A DNA stretch of 64,000 nucleotides, from assembly GCA_900544405.1 (NCBI GenBank), contig UQVA01000002.1, positions 17,095 through 81,094 on the forward strand, given 5' to 3'. This document shows positions 16,876 through 26,021 of this stretch, one piece after another (the stretch's first letter is position 1; every line of letters starts with the position of its first letter). A program made the translations under genes and the position numbers. The stretch is from an uncultured Eubacteriales bacterium (GTDB taxonomy: Bacteria; Bacillota; Clostridia; Oscillospirales; Oscillospiraceae). The notes beneath the pieces are model-generated. The model saw only the letters and a list, made by a program, of their open reading frames with translations. It made no database searches and had not been told where the DNA came from.

Positions 16876-17210
16876 TGATTATCCGCTCCTCTCAGCAGTT
16901 GATCCATGATCTCTTTCGTTTCCTGCCACTCGCCCAAGAGGCGATAGCAGGCTTCCCGTCCTTCCGGGGTGATGGTGTAGTACCGCCGTCGGGCCCCGGC
17001 TCCGCTGCTGCCCCAGTAGGAAGCGATGCAGCCGGTCTCCTCCAATCGCTTGAAGGCGGTGTAGAGGGTGGCTTCCTTCAGTTCGAAGCGCCCGCCGGAC
17101 AGGGTGGAGATGGTTTTGTTGATCTCATAGCCGTAGCTGTCTCCCTGAAGGAGCCGGGCCAGAATGATGGCGTCCGTGTGGCCCCGGATCAGGTCTCCGG
17201 CAATGGACAT
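16860..17210 (-). CDS. PadR family transcriptional regulator
   Basis: 117 aa from ATG with RBS AAGGAGG; 'LIRGHTDAIILARLLQGDSYGYEINKTI...YYTITPEGREA' PadR wHTH. Confidence 0.8.
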   Translation of the reverse strand: MSIAGDLIRGHTDAIILARLLQGDSYGYEINKTISTLSGGRFELKEATLYTAFKRLEETGCIASYWGSSGAGARRRYYTITPEGREACYRLLGEWQETKEIMDQLLRGADNQCGNN

Positions 17211-17282
17211 GGCGTATCCCTCCTTTGCAGTCGCCATTGTATCACATGGTACCTCACCTGTCAAGGTATCTCTGCAAAAAAG

Positions 17283-17302
17283 ATACCGCCCCGAGTAGGG
17301 GC
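17283..17302 (-). terminator. Terminator for AI-2E transporter gene
   Basis: ccgcccc-gagta-ggggcgg hairpin, T-run on minus strand. Confidence 0.5.
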
Positions 17303-17310
17303 GGTCGTTG

Positions 17311-18567
17311 TTATTTGTTCTGCTTCGCCTGGAAGCGCAGGAGCTTTTTTCGGGCCCTCTTTTGTTTGGAGGCTTCCCGTTTTTCCTTGAATTTCGACTG
17401 CAATTCCGGGGGCTGGTCCTGGACCTTCTCGTCGGGGATGTTCCGCTCCTTCAGGCGACGGTCCGTGAATTCCCGGGCCAGGGTATAGGCCACGCTGGCC
17501 AGCGGGATCATCAGAAGCATACCGCCGACACCCATAAGATTGCCGCCGATGGTTACTGCCATCAGCACCCACATTCCCGGCAGGCCGATGGAGGTCCCCA
17601 CCACGCGGGGGTAGATCATATTGTTTTCAATTTGCTGCAATACCTGGAACATGACCACAAACCAGACCGCCTGGAGGGGATTGTCCACCAGAATGAAGAA
17701 CGCACCCAGCACGCAGCCCACGAAGGCACCCACCACCGGCACCAGGGCCGTCACGGCGATGAGAACGCTGACCAGAGGCACATAGGGCATCCGGAAAATC
17801 GCCATGGTTACGGCGAACATACTGCCCAGAATGCAGGCCTCCACGCACTGGCCGGAAATGAAGTTGGAGAACGTGGAATTGGTGAGCCGGAGAATGCGGA
17901 TCAGCCCGTCGCAGAATTTTTCAGGCAGGATAGAATAAATGACCCGCCGGCCCTGCCGGGCCAGAATCTCCTTCCGGGACAGGCAGTAGAAAGAGAATAC
18001 GATGGCAATGACCAGATTCACGATGGCGCCGGTGACGCTGCCAATGGCGCTGACAGCTCCGTTGGCAATGGCCGTCAGGCTGTTGCCCAGAATGGCCCCG
18101 GCCTTTTGCAGGATGGTGTTCCAGTCCAGTTTTTCCAGGTCCGTGTTGGCAGTGACCCATTCCATAATGTCGGGATGCTCCAGAAGATACTCGTTGAACC
18201 GATCCTGGACCTGCTTGAAGAAGGCAGGCAGTTGGGCCACCAGTGCCTCCACGGTGGATCCAACCTGGGGAATGAGCATATAGAATACAAAAGCCAACAC
18301 AAGCAGCAGAGCAACCAATGTCAACACGATGGACAAGATGCGTCGTGCGCCGGGGTTCGGTATCTTTTTCAGCAGCCGCTCGATGCCCCGCATGGGGACG
18401 TTCAGGATGAACGCCAGGGCGGCGCCGATGATGAAGGGGGCAAACAGGGTCTCCAGGGTCGTAAAGACGCTTTTCACCCGCTCCGTCTCGTGGAGCAGCC
18501 AATAGAGCAGAATACAGGAGGCCACGCCGATAAAAATACGCTGCAATGTCTTTTTACTGATCTCCAT
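17311..18567 (-). CDS. AI-2E family transporter (PerM/YhhT/UPF0118)
   Basis: ~418 aa from ATG at 18567 with RBS GGAGG; 8 TM, 'MIYPRVVGTSIGLPGMWVLMAVTIGG' family signature. Confidence 0.8.
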   Translation of the reverse strand: MEISKKTLQRIFIGVASCILLYWLLHETERVKSVFTTLETLFAPFIIGAALAFILNVPMRGIERLLKKIPNPGARRILSIVLTLVALLLVLAFVFYMLIPQVGSTVEALVAQLPAFFKQVQDRFNEYLLEHPDIMEWVTANTDLEKLDWNTILQKAGAILGNSLTAIANGAVSAIGSVTGAIVNLVIAIVFSFYCLSRKEILARQGRRVIYSILPEKFCDGLIRILRLTNSTFSNFISGQCVEACILGSMFAVTMAIFRMPYVPLVSVLIAVTALVPVVGAFVGCVLGAFFILVDNPLQAVWFVVMFQVLQQIENNMIYPRVVGTSIGLPGMWVLMAVTIGGNLMGVGGMLLMIPLASVAYTLAREFTDRRLKERNIPDEKVQDQPPELQSKFKEKREASKQKRARKKLLRFQAKQNK

Positions 18568-18633
18568 AGTGCCTCCTGCCCGGATGTGGGCTTTTTCTTT
18601 TATTTTAGCGGATACGCCCCCGGCTGTCAACGC

Positions 18634-18660
18634 ATATTTCCGCTTTCCAAGGCATAGAGT
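18634..18660 (+). promoter_or_regulatory. Candidate sigma-E type sporulation promoter upstream of spoIIID (ATATT-14-CATAGAGT)
   Basis: -35 ATATT 18634-18638, 14-nt spacer, -10 CATAGAGT 18653-18660 vs Bacillus sigma-E consensus ATATT-N13-15-CATACAnT. Confidence 0.4.
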
Positions 18661-18693
18661 TTCTCAGCGCACAGCAGTATGGGAGGGAAGCCT

Positions 18694-18942
18694 ATGGAGC
18701 GTACCATGGAGGATCGGGCCCAAAAGCTGGCTGTGTACATGATCGAGACCGGGGGGACCGTCCGCTCCGCTGCCCGGCAGTTCGGGATTTCCAAATCCAC
18801 GGTCCATAAGGACCTGCAGCAGCGCCTGCCCAAGTGCGACCCGGTTTTGTATCGGAAGGTCCGGGCAGTGCTGGACGTGAACAAGGCCCAGCGGCATCTG
18901 CGGGGCGGGGCGGCCACCCGGGAAAAATACCGTAAAAAATGA
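18694..18942 (+). CDS. spoIIID: Stage III sporulation transcriptional regulator SpoIIID
   Basis: 82 aa from ATG 18694 (RBS gggaggga); '...IETGGTVRSAARQFGISKSTVHKDL...RLP...VLDVNKAQRHLRGGAATREKYRK' highly conserved SpoIIID HTH. Confidence 0.85.
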   Translation: MERTMEDRAQKLAVYMIETGGTVRSAARQFGISKSTVHKDLQQRLPKCDPVLYRKVRAVLDVNKAQRHLRGGAATREKYRKK

Positions 18943-18946
18943 GGAA

Positions 18947-18972
18947 GGGCGGAAAAATTCCGCCCTTGCTGC
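18947..18972. terminator. Bidirectional terminator after spoIIID
   Basis: aagggcggaaaaattccgccctt palindrome. Confidence 0.55.
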
Positions 18973-18977
18973 GTATT

Positions 18978-19124
18978 TTACAGGTCGTCCGCATCCTGCA
19001 CGGGAACTTCCCAGGGGACCTCCGGGATGCCGGTCCAGCTGCCCTGGGGGTCCGTGTGGATGACGCTGTCCAGGCCCGTGGGGCCCTCCGGGGTCAGTAC
19101 GGGGATAATTTTCTTCTTTTTCAT
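18978..19124 (-). CDS. Hypothetical small acidic protein (48 aa), not in ORF track
   Basis: ATG preceded by GGAGGTG RBS at proper spacing; MKKKKIIPVLTPEGPTGLDSVIHTDPQGSWTGIPEVPWEVPVQDADDL; ends at bidirectional terminator. Confidence 0.4.
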   Translation of the reverse strand: MKKKKIIPVLTPEGPTGLDSVIHTDPQGSWTGIPEVPWEVPVQDADDL

Positions 19125-19220
19125 GGTCCTTCACCTCCGGCCTTAGTGTACCCGGAATCGGCCAGGTAAGTTGCGTTTCGGAGAGGAATATGCTATACTT
19201 TTCCCAAAGGAGTGGGAGCG

Positions 19221-19703
19221 ATGTTTTCAATGACCCTTATTGCCATGGGCAAGCTGAAGGAAAAATTTTATTTGTCCGCTGCGGCGGAGTACGAAAAGCG
19301 GCTGAAGGGCTACTGTGCTTTTCAGCTTCTGGAGCTGCCGGAGTGCCGTCTGCCGGAGGACCCCAGCCCGGCGGAAATTACGGCGGGACTGGAAAAAGAG
19401 GCGGATGTGATTCTTTCCAAAATTCCGAAGGGGGCGTGGTTCTGCGTGCTGACGCCGGAGGGGAAGCTGCTGTCCTCGGAAAAGCTGGCGGAAAAGCTGG
19501 GGGAAGTGAAGCTCAGCGGCAAAAGCAGCGCCGTTTTTCTCATTGGCTCGTCCTTCGGCATGGCCCAAAGGGTGAAGGATCGGGCGGACCTGCGGCTTTC
19601 CATGAGTCCTATGACGTTCCCCCATCATCTGGCCCGGATCATGGTGCTGGAACAGCTCTACCGTGCCGAGGCTATCCAAGCCGGGAGCAAGTACCATAAG
19701 TGA
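19221..19703 (+). CDS. rlmH: 23S rRNA (pseudouridine1915-N3)-methyltransferase RlmH
   Basis: 160 aa from ATG 19221 (RBS AAAGGAG); 'MTLIAMGKLKEKFY...AAEYEKRL...AVFLIGSSFGM...LSMSPMTFPHHLARIMVLEQLYRA' SPOUT family. Confidence 0.85.
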   Translation: MFSMTLIAMGKLKEKFYLSAAAEYEKRLKGYCAFQLLELPECRLPEDPSPAEITAGLEKEADVILSKIPKGAWFCVLTPEGKLLSSEKLAEKLGEVKLSGKSSAVFLIGSSFGMAQRVKDRADLRLSMSPMTFPHHLARIMVLEQLYRAEAIQAGSKYHK

Positions 19704-20002
19704 AGGTATTTTCTTGGTGTGTCGGTATTTCTGAGGGGAGCCTTAACGCAGAGAAACCGGCCCGTTACTTCTGAGGAAAGGCTTCTCCTGGAGGAGAAGC
19801 AGTCAGCCCTTTAGGGCTGACTGATGAGGTCGAAATTACCGACTATTGCCATGGGTTGATACGAAGCTGTTACCTTCGACCTCATCCGGTCCGGCTTGAG
19901 CCGGACCACCTTCCCCTCCAGGGGAAGGCTTTGGCCGGTGCTTCGTCGAAAGCCTCTGCCGCCCCTCATCCGGCCCTGCGGGCCACCTTCCCCAAACACG
20001 CA
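19704..20002. other. Highly structured GC-rich intergenic element (multiple nested/tandem hairpins) between convergent rlmH and vanW-like genes; function unknown
   Basis: hairpins gcttctcc/ggagaagc, cagtcagccc/gggctgactg, 12-bp long-range stem tgatgaggtcgaa/ttcgacctcatc enclosing 40 nt, ggtccggc/gccggacc, ccttcccc/ggggaagg, ggccc/gggcc; duplicated module 'cctcatccgg-hairpin-accttcccc'. Confidence 0.35.
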
Positions 20003-20048
20003 AAACACCCCCGATCGGAAGTTCTTTTCCGACCGGGGGTGAAATTTT
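20003..20048. terminator. Bidirectional terminator
   Basis: cacccccgatcgg...ccgaccgggggtg hairpin flanked by T-runs on both strands. Confidence 0.6.
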
Positions 20049-21764
20049 TTAGCCGCCGGGGTCCTCGTGAACGCCGCCGCCAATGATGATATTGGGCGGT
20101 TCGGTGGTCTCCGGAGTGGTAATGCGGGCGATGACCGCATCCCGTGCGTCATAAATGGAGGAGGTCTCATAGACCCGTGTCTGCAGGGCATTGGTCGCTT
20201 TGTCGTAGCGGCAGCGGTAGGTCTCCACATAGTAGCCCTCTACGCCTTCCACGATGGTGTCCCCGTTCCGGTAGCCCTCGGCGTTGTCCTTGTCCAGGTC
20301 CCGGTAGTAGGTGCTGAAATCGTAGGTCCGCAGGATGTCGTACTCCATCTTTACATAGTAGTCCTTGTCATCCGTGCCCAGCAGCTTGACGGTGACATTG
20401 TAGCCGTCCAGGGAGGCTTCAATGCGGATGGCGTGGCCGGAGGAATTGCGGAACCGGAAATCCAGGGTCCCCCAGTTCACGGCGCAGTCCAGACCGGGGT
20501 CCACATAGCCCGGATAGAACATGTGATTCTCCCGTTCCAACACTTCCAGGTCGGCGGTGAGAACGCAGTTGTAGAGGGTGGAGGATACCTGACAGATGCC
20601 GCCGCCGATCTCCTGGACTACTTCGCCATTGACATAAGAAGGACCCAACTGATAGCCCTTTTCCTCGGTCCGCTCGCCCAGGGTATCATTATAGGAGAAC
20701 ACGTCTCCGGGCTGCAATACAAGCCCGTCGATGGCCTTGCAGGCCAGTTCCAGATTGGTGGTCCGGCCGGTCTCATCGGCATCGTAGGGGGTCTCGCAGG
20801 AGGCCAGCACGTCCTTGAACAGCTGATTTTCCAGTTCTTCCGCTGTGACGGCGGGGGCGATGGGCTTCAGGGTCAGCGTCAGCACATCCCCTTCGTCAGC
20901 GGCTGCCAATGCGGCCTTGGCATCGTCCAGATCGAAGCCGTAGCCATACTTGGCCGGGGTGACGGTGCCGTTGGAGCCTTCCGCAGCGTCCACGGGGGCG
21001 GTGCAGTGCTTGGCCCACAGAGCATCCAGGTCCACGTCCCTGGGGTCCTGACTGGCGGTATCGTAGGAGACGGTAAAGACGTTGTTGTTGTAGGCAGTGA
21101 GCATTTCGTCATACAACCCGGCCAGGGACACGCCGCTGCGGCCCACGGTCACGGTAATTGTCTGCACTTCCGTGTTTTCGTCGATGGTCTCCGGCATGGT
21201 CACGTCCGAGTCATCGACCTGGGCGGGAACGAAATCCGAAGGATACCGGGCCTCCAGATCTGCAACAAAGCTGCGGATGGCGGCGGTGTCCAGACCCAGA
21301 TAGGGGAGAATGTCCATGATCTGGGCATCCCCGGCGGGCAGGGTCATGGCCTTGTCCAGCAGGGCATCCACGTCCAGCAGGCTCCCGGAGACGGCAGGGG
21401 AGAGGGTATAAACATCCTCCCCCACATGGACCTCCATGGGGGTCCGGGAATAGGTGGTGTCCGTGGCTTCGTGGAGGGCTGCTGCGGCGTCTTCTCTGGA
21501 CAGCCCGCCGATGTTTACCCCGGCAGCGGTCAGACCGGCGGGGATAGTGTTGGAGGCCCCACCGGTGAACAGCTTCCCGGCGGCGAACACCAGCCCTAAG
21601 ATCAGGACCACCGCCAGCACGCACAGGGCAATGCTCAGGGCGTTGGAATTCTTCTTTTTCTTCTTTTTGGAGCCGTACAGGGCGGCATAGCTTCTTTCCA
21701 GATCATCGTCCCGTTGGCGGGACTTGGAACGGGTGGTTTTCTTTTTTGCGTCGTATTTTCCCAT
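20049..21764 (-). CDS. VanW family protein (membrane-anchored, extracellular VanW domain)
   Basis: 571 aa; N-terminal Lys-rich tail + TM, 'GGGICQVSSTLYNCVLTADLEVLERENH' VanW core. Confidence 0.85.
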   Translation of the reverse strand: MGKYDAKKKTTRSKSRQRDDDLERSYAALYGSKKKKKKNSNALSIALCVLAVVLILGLVFAAGKLFTGGASNTIPAGLTAAGVNIGGLSREDAAAALHEATDTTYSRTPMEVHVGEDVYTLSPAVSGSLLDVDALLDKAMTLPAGDAQIMDILPYLGLDTAAIRSFVADLEARYPSDFVPAQVDDSDVTMPETIDENTEVQTITVTVGRSGVSLAGLYDEMLTAYNNNVFTVSYDTASQDPRDVDLDALWAKHCTAPVDAAEGSNGTVTPAKYGYGFDLDDAKAALAAADEGDVLTLTLKPIAPAVTAEELENQLFKDVLASCETPYDADETGRTTNLELACKAIDGLVLQPGDVFSYNDTLGERTEEKGYQLGPSYVNGEVVQEIGGGICQVSSTLYNCVLTADLEVLERENHMFYPGYVDPGLDCAVNWGTLDFRFRNSSGHAIRIEASLDGYNVTVKLLGTDDKDYYVKMEYDILRTYDFSTYYRDLDKDNAEGYRNGDTIVEGVEGYYVETYRCRYDKATNALQTRVYETSSIYDARDAVIARITTPETTEPPNIIIGGGVHEDPGG

Positions 21765-21834
21765 GGGGAACCACTCCTTTCATGGGGGTATTGTATCACG
21801 ATTCCTGAAAAATGCAAGAAAACGGGAAGAAAGT

Positions 21835-24800
21835 TTACATTTGGCAGCAATTCCGGAAGTGTTCCAGGAACACCTTGCTCTGCCGGAGGCTGTCCACGCC
21901 GGTGGAGAGCTTCAAGCGCAGAGTGGGTTCTTTGGCGGTAGCCACGAACTGCACCCGGTTCTTGTAATCCGGCTGAGCGCACAGGGCGCTGACCGCCTCA
22001 AAATCCAGCCGGGACAGGGTGAACAGCACGTCCCCGGCCTTCTGGCGGATGTCGGTGATGCCCACTTTCTTGGCGTTGGCCCGGAGCAGTGCGATCTCTA
22101 CCAGATTCAGTACGCCCTTGGGTGGCTCGCCGTACCGGTCCACGATCTCGTCCAGCAGGTCGTCCGCATCCTCCTGGGACCGGATGGCGGCCATGCGCCG
22201 GTACAGGTCCATTCGCTCCTCGCCGCTGGACACGAAATCCTTGTCCACGTTGGCAGTAACGTTCAGGTCGGCGGTGCATTCCGGCTCTCTGGGGGCCTTG
22301 CCCTGTTCCTCCAGCACGGCCTCGTCCAGCAATTTCAGGTACATATCGTAGCCCACGCTCATCATGTGGCCGGACTGCTCGGCGCCTAAGAGATTGCCGG
22401 CACCCCGAATTTCTAGGTCCCGCATGGCGATTTTGAAGCCGGAGCCAAATTCCGCAAAATCCCGGATGGCGGAAAGCCGTTTTTCGGCAATTTCCGAAAG
22501 GTTTTTGTCGGGCCGGTAGGTGAAATAGGCGTAGGCATGGCGGGTGGACCGGCCTACCCGGCCCCGCAGCTGATGCAGCTGGGAAAGGCCGAACCGGTCG
22601 GCGTTTTCGATAATCAATGTGTTGGCGTTGGGGATATCCAGACCCGTCTCAATAATGGTAGTACACACCAGCACCTGAATATCTCCGTCGGACATGGCCT
22701 GCATGACCTCGCCCAGGGCATCCTCGGTCATTTTTCCGTGGGCTACGCCCACGGTGACGCCGGGAATGCGCTTTTTGATGGCGGAGGCACACTGGTCGAT
22801 GGTCTCCACCCGGTTGTGCAGGTAGTAGACCTGGCCGCCCCGGTCGATTTCCCGGCGGATGGCGTCGTCCAGAATGGCGGTGTTGTGTTCCAGCACATAG
22901 GTCTGCACGGGATACCGGTCCGCAGGCGGTTCTTCAATGGTGGACATATCCCGGATGCCGGACAGGGCCATGTTCAATGTTCTCGGAATGGGGGTGGCGG
23001 ACAGGGTCAGCACGTCCACGCCCTTGGAAATTTCCTTCAGCCGCTCTTTATGGCTCACGCCGAAGCGCTGCTCCTCGTCCACGATGAGCAGGCCTAGGTC
23101 CTTGAATTCCACGCTTTTTTGCAGCAGCTTATGGGTGCCGATAATTAAGTCCACCCCGCCGGTGCGGAGTTTTTCCAGCGTGGCGTGCTGCTGCTTCGTG
23201 GTGCGGAACCGGCTCAGCACGTCGATGTTCACCGGGAAGCCCCGGAACCGGGATACGGCGGTCTGATAATGCTGCTGGGCCAGCACGGTGGTAGGCACCA
23301 GAATGGCCACCTGCTTGCCGTCCATGACGGCCTTCATCACCGCCCGGAGGGCCACTTCGGTCTTGCCGAAGCCTACGTCGCCGCAGAGCAGCCGGTCCAT
23401 GGGGGTGGGGGATTCCATGTCGGATTTGATCTCGGCGATGCAGCGAAGCTGATCGTCGGTCTCCGGATAGGGGAAGCTGTCCTCAAATTCCTGCTGCCAG
23501 GGGGAGTCCGCCGCAAAGGCAAAGCCGGACTGCCGCTTCCGGGCGGCATAAAGCTGGATGAGCTCCCCGGCCATGTCTTTTGCGGCCTTCCGGGCCTTGG
23601 CCTTGGTTTTCTGCCAGGCGTCGGAACCGATTTTATTCAGCCGGACGGTGGTATCCTCGCCGCCGCCACCGATGTACTTGCTGACCAGGTCCAGCTGGGT
23701 GGCGGGAACGAACAGGGTATCGGACCCCTGATAGGCGATTTTGACATAGTCCTTGACGGCCCCGTCCACTTTGATCTGTTCCATGGCCACGAACCGGCCG
23801 ATGCCGTAATTTTCGTGGACCACCAGATCGCCGGGGGTCAGGTCCGTGAAGGAGCGCAGTTTTTGACGGTTTGTGGAGCCGGATTTGGCGGCTTTCCGTT
23901 TCGTCGGAGCCTGCCGGGTGGTCAGCTGGCCCTCGGTCAGGACTGCCAGCTTGATCTCCGGGTACTCCATGCCGTAGGGCAGGGTATCCTCCGTCAGGAG
24001 AATTTGCCCCGGCTTGGGCATGGTGGTCAGGGGAATGCAGAGCATGGCGGAAACGTTCCGCTCCCGGAGCATATTCTGCAAAATTTCCGCCCGGTGGCGG
24101 GTGCCGCAGAGAACCAGAGTGGAAAATTCCATTTTCTGGTAATGGGCCAGATCGCTGACGGCGCTGTCCAGATTGCCCCCGTAGCCGGGAAGCTGCTTGG
24201 CCGTGATTGGCAGCAGCTGGGCGGGCGGGGCGTCGTCCGGGTAAGCGGAGCCGGAAAAAGCGTCCAGATACAGTACGGTTTTGCCCCGAAGCCCGGCGCA
24301 GAAATCCTCCCAGCTGACGCTGTAATCGCACAGTTCTCCGGCCACCAGCCCGGCCTGCAGCATGGAATCCAGCTGCATTCCCAGGGCTTCCGTGGCGGTC
24401 CGGGCGGACCGGCGCAGGCTGCTCTGCTCGCAGAGGATGACCAGGGCATCCTTCGGCACATAGTCCATGGCGCAGGCAAACTCCGGATAGATCAGGGACA
24501 TATACCGGTCGGAAGCGGCGTTGGCAATGCCATTTTCGTATTTTTCCAGGTCGGCGGACAGGGTCTTCAGCAATAATTCATTGGGCGTTTTCCGGCGCTT
24601 CTGCCGGGCAATGAGATTCCGCAGATCCTTGCAAAGCCCTTCGGCACCGCTGGGGTGGAGCCGGGGCAGACTTTCCGCCACCGGCAGCAGCACCGCTTCC
24701 GAGGCATTGTCCACCCGGCGCTGGGTGTCCGGGTCGAAGAAGCCCATGGTGTCCAGCTCGTCTCCGAAGAATTCCGCCCGGATGGGCCGGGGGGCGGCAG

Positions 24801-25392
24801 GGGAGTACACGTCCAGAATGCCGCCCCGGAGGGCGTATTGACCGGCGCCCTCCACCATGGTGCAGTGGGCATAGCCCATCTGTTCCAGCCGGGTCACCAG
24901 GTCGTCCATGGCGTACTCCTTGCCCACTTCTAGCCGGAAAGCGCACCGGGCCATAACGGCCTTGGGCATGGTCCGCTGGCAGAGGCTCTCCCAGGAGAAG
25001 ATTTGCAGAGGGGTGTTGCCCTCGGCCAGGTCATAAAGCTGGCGCAGGCGCTTCTGCTCCCAGGACCGGGAAACGGCGGCAGAATCATACAGGGTCAGTT
25101 CCCGGCTGGGCAGCACGGGGACATCTTCCTTCAGAAAGGCCCGCAGTTCCTCCGAAAGCCGCTTGGCGGCGCTGTCGTCCGGACACAGGACCACCACCGG
25201 CTGGGCCAGCTGTTGGCTCAGGGCGGCGATGATGTGGCTCCGGTTGATCTGGCCCGCACCGGTGATGGCGGCGGACTGACGGCTGCGGAGGGCCTCCAGC
25301 AGCAGGGGATATTCCGGGATGGCTTTCAAAGCGGATAAGAGTTTTTCCATGGTTTTCCTCCACGCAGAAACGCGGAAAGGGGTCAAAGACAC
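21835..25392 (-). CDS. mfd: Transcription-repair coupling factor Mfd
   Basis: 1185 aa; UvrB-homology N-term, RNAP-interacting domain, SF2 helicase motifs 'LLCGDVGFGKTEVA', 'DEEQRFG', TRG motif, C-terminal D7. Confidence 0.9.
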   Translation of the reverse strand: MSLTPFRVSAWRKTMEKLLSALKAIPEYPLLLEALRSRQSAAITGAGQINRSHIIAALSQQLAQPVVVLCPDDSAAKRLSEELRAFLKEDVPVLPSRELTLYDSAAVSRSWEQKRLRQLYDLAEGNTPLQIFSWESLCQRTMPKAVMARCAFRLEVGKEYAMDDLVTRLEQMGYAHCTMVEGAGQYALRGGILDVYSPAAPRPIRAEFFGDELDTMGFFDPDTQRRVDNASEAVLLPVAESLPRLHPSGAEGLCKDLRNLIARQKRRKTPNELLLKTLSADLEKYENGIANAASDRYMSLIYPEFACAMDYVPKDALVILCEQSSLRRSARTATEALGMQLDSMLQAGLVAGELCDYSVSWEDFCAGLRGKTVLYLDAFSGSAYPDDAPPAQLLPITAKQLPGYGGNLDSAVSDLAHYQKMEFSTLVLCGTRHRAEILQNMLRERNVSAMLCIPLTTMPKPGQILLTEDTLPYGMEYPEIKLAVLTEGQLTTRQAPTKRKAAKSGSTNRQKLRSFTDLTPGDLVVHENYGIGRFVAMEQIKVDGAVKDYVKIAYQGSDTLFVPATQLDLVSKYIGGGGEDTTVRLNKIGSDAWQKTKAKARKAAKDMAGELIQLYAARKRQSGFAFAADSPWQQEFEDSFPYPETDDQLRCIAEIKSDMESPTPMDRLLCGDVGFGKTEVALRAVMKAVMDGKQVAILVPTTVLAQQHYQTAVSRFRGFPVNIDVLSRFRTTKQQHATLEKLRTGGVDLIIGTHKLLQKSVEFKDLGLLIVDEEQRFGVSHKERLKEISKGVDVLTLSATPIPRTLNMALSGIRDMSTIEEPPADRYPVQTYVLEHNTAILDDAIRREIDRGGQVYYLHNRVETIDQCASAIKKRIPGVTVGVAHGKMTEDALGEVMQAMSDGDIQVLVCTTIIETGLDIPNANTLIIENADRFGLSQLHQLRGRVGRSTRHAYAYFTYRPDKNLSEIAEKRLSAIRDFAEFGSGFKIAMRDLEIRGAGNLLGAEQSGHMMSVGYDMYLKLLDEAVLEEQGKAPREPECTADLNVTANVDKDFVSSGEERMDLYRRMAAIRSQEDADDLLDEIVDRYGEPPKGVLNLVEIALLRANAKKVGITDIRQKAGDVLFTLSRLDFEAVSALCAQPDYKNRVQFVATAKEPTLRLKLSTGVDSLRQSKVFLEHFRNCCQM

Positions 25393-25424
25393 CCCTTTCC
25401 GTGTTTATGTTCCTGAATTCGGCG

Positions 25425-26015
25425 TCATGCGCCTTTGCCGTTGAAGCGGTTGGCGGCTTCACTGACGCCGTGGTCGCACACGCACAGAGCTGCTTCTCCG
25501 GCCCATTTCAAAGAGTCGGCCAGCAGCTTTTCATCCTGGGCCGAGAAGCTGCCCAGGACCCATGCGGCCAGATCGTATTCCGGTGTGGGCTTGGCCCCCA
25601 CGCCGATTTTGACCCGCGGGAAGTTCTGGCTTCCCAGGCGGGCGATGATGGACTTGATGCCGTTGTGTCCGCCGGCGGACCCGTCTCCCCGGACCCGCAG
25701 ACGGCCGGGGGAGAGGGAAATGTCGTCGAACATCACAACGATACGCTCCGGCGGAATTTTGAAGAAGGCCGAGGCCTGCAATACGGAATCCCCGGAGAGA
25801 TTCATAAAGGTCTGGGGTTTCAGCAGGATCAGCTTTTTCTCGCCGTAGGTGCATTGACCGTACAGACCCTGGAATTTCAGCCGGTCTACCTTGCAGCCCA
25901 GCTTGTCCGCCAGCAGGTCCATGGCCCGGAAGCCGCAGTTATGACGGCTTTTTTCATACTCCCTGCCGGGATTGCCCAGCCCAACGATGAGCCAGGTCTC
26001 CTGCGTCGGCCCCAT
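25425..26015 (-). CDS. pth: Peptidyl-tRNA hydrolase
   Basis: 196 aa; 'LIVGLGNPGREYEKSRHNCGF', 'GGHNGIKSI'. Confidence 0.9.
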   Translation of the reverse strand: MGPTQETWLIVGLGNPGREYEKSRHNCGFRAMDLLADKLGCKVDRLKFQGLYGQCTYGEKKLILLKPQTFMNLSGDSVLQASAFFKIPPERIVVMFDDISLSPGRLRVRGDGSAGGHNGIKSIIARLGSQNFPRVKIGVGAKPTPEYDLAAWVLGSFSAQDEKLLADSLKWAGEAALCVCDHGVSEAANRFNGKGA

Positions 26016-26021
26016 CGTTCT

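Noticed and set aside
19704-20048. tmRNA / RNase P / SRP RNA / 6S as identity of the structured intergenic element
   Set aside because: None of the hallmark motifs seen by eye: no tRNA-like acceptor/T-arm with CCA end for tmRNA, no GGAAAGTCCGGGCTCC-type P4 strand for RNase P, no SRP domain IV AGGTCAGGTCCGGAAGGAAGCAGC; left as unknown
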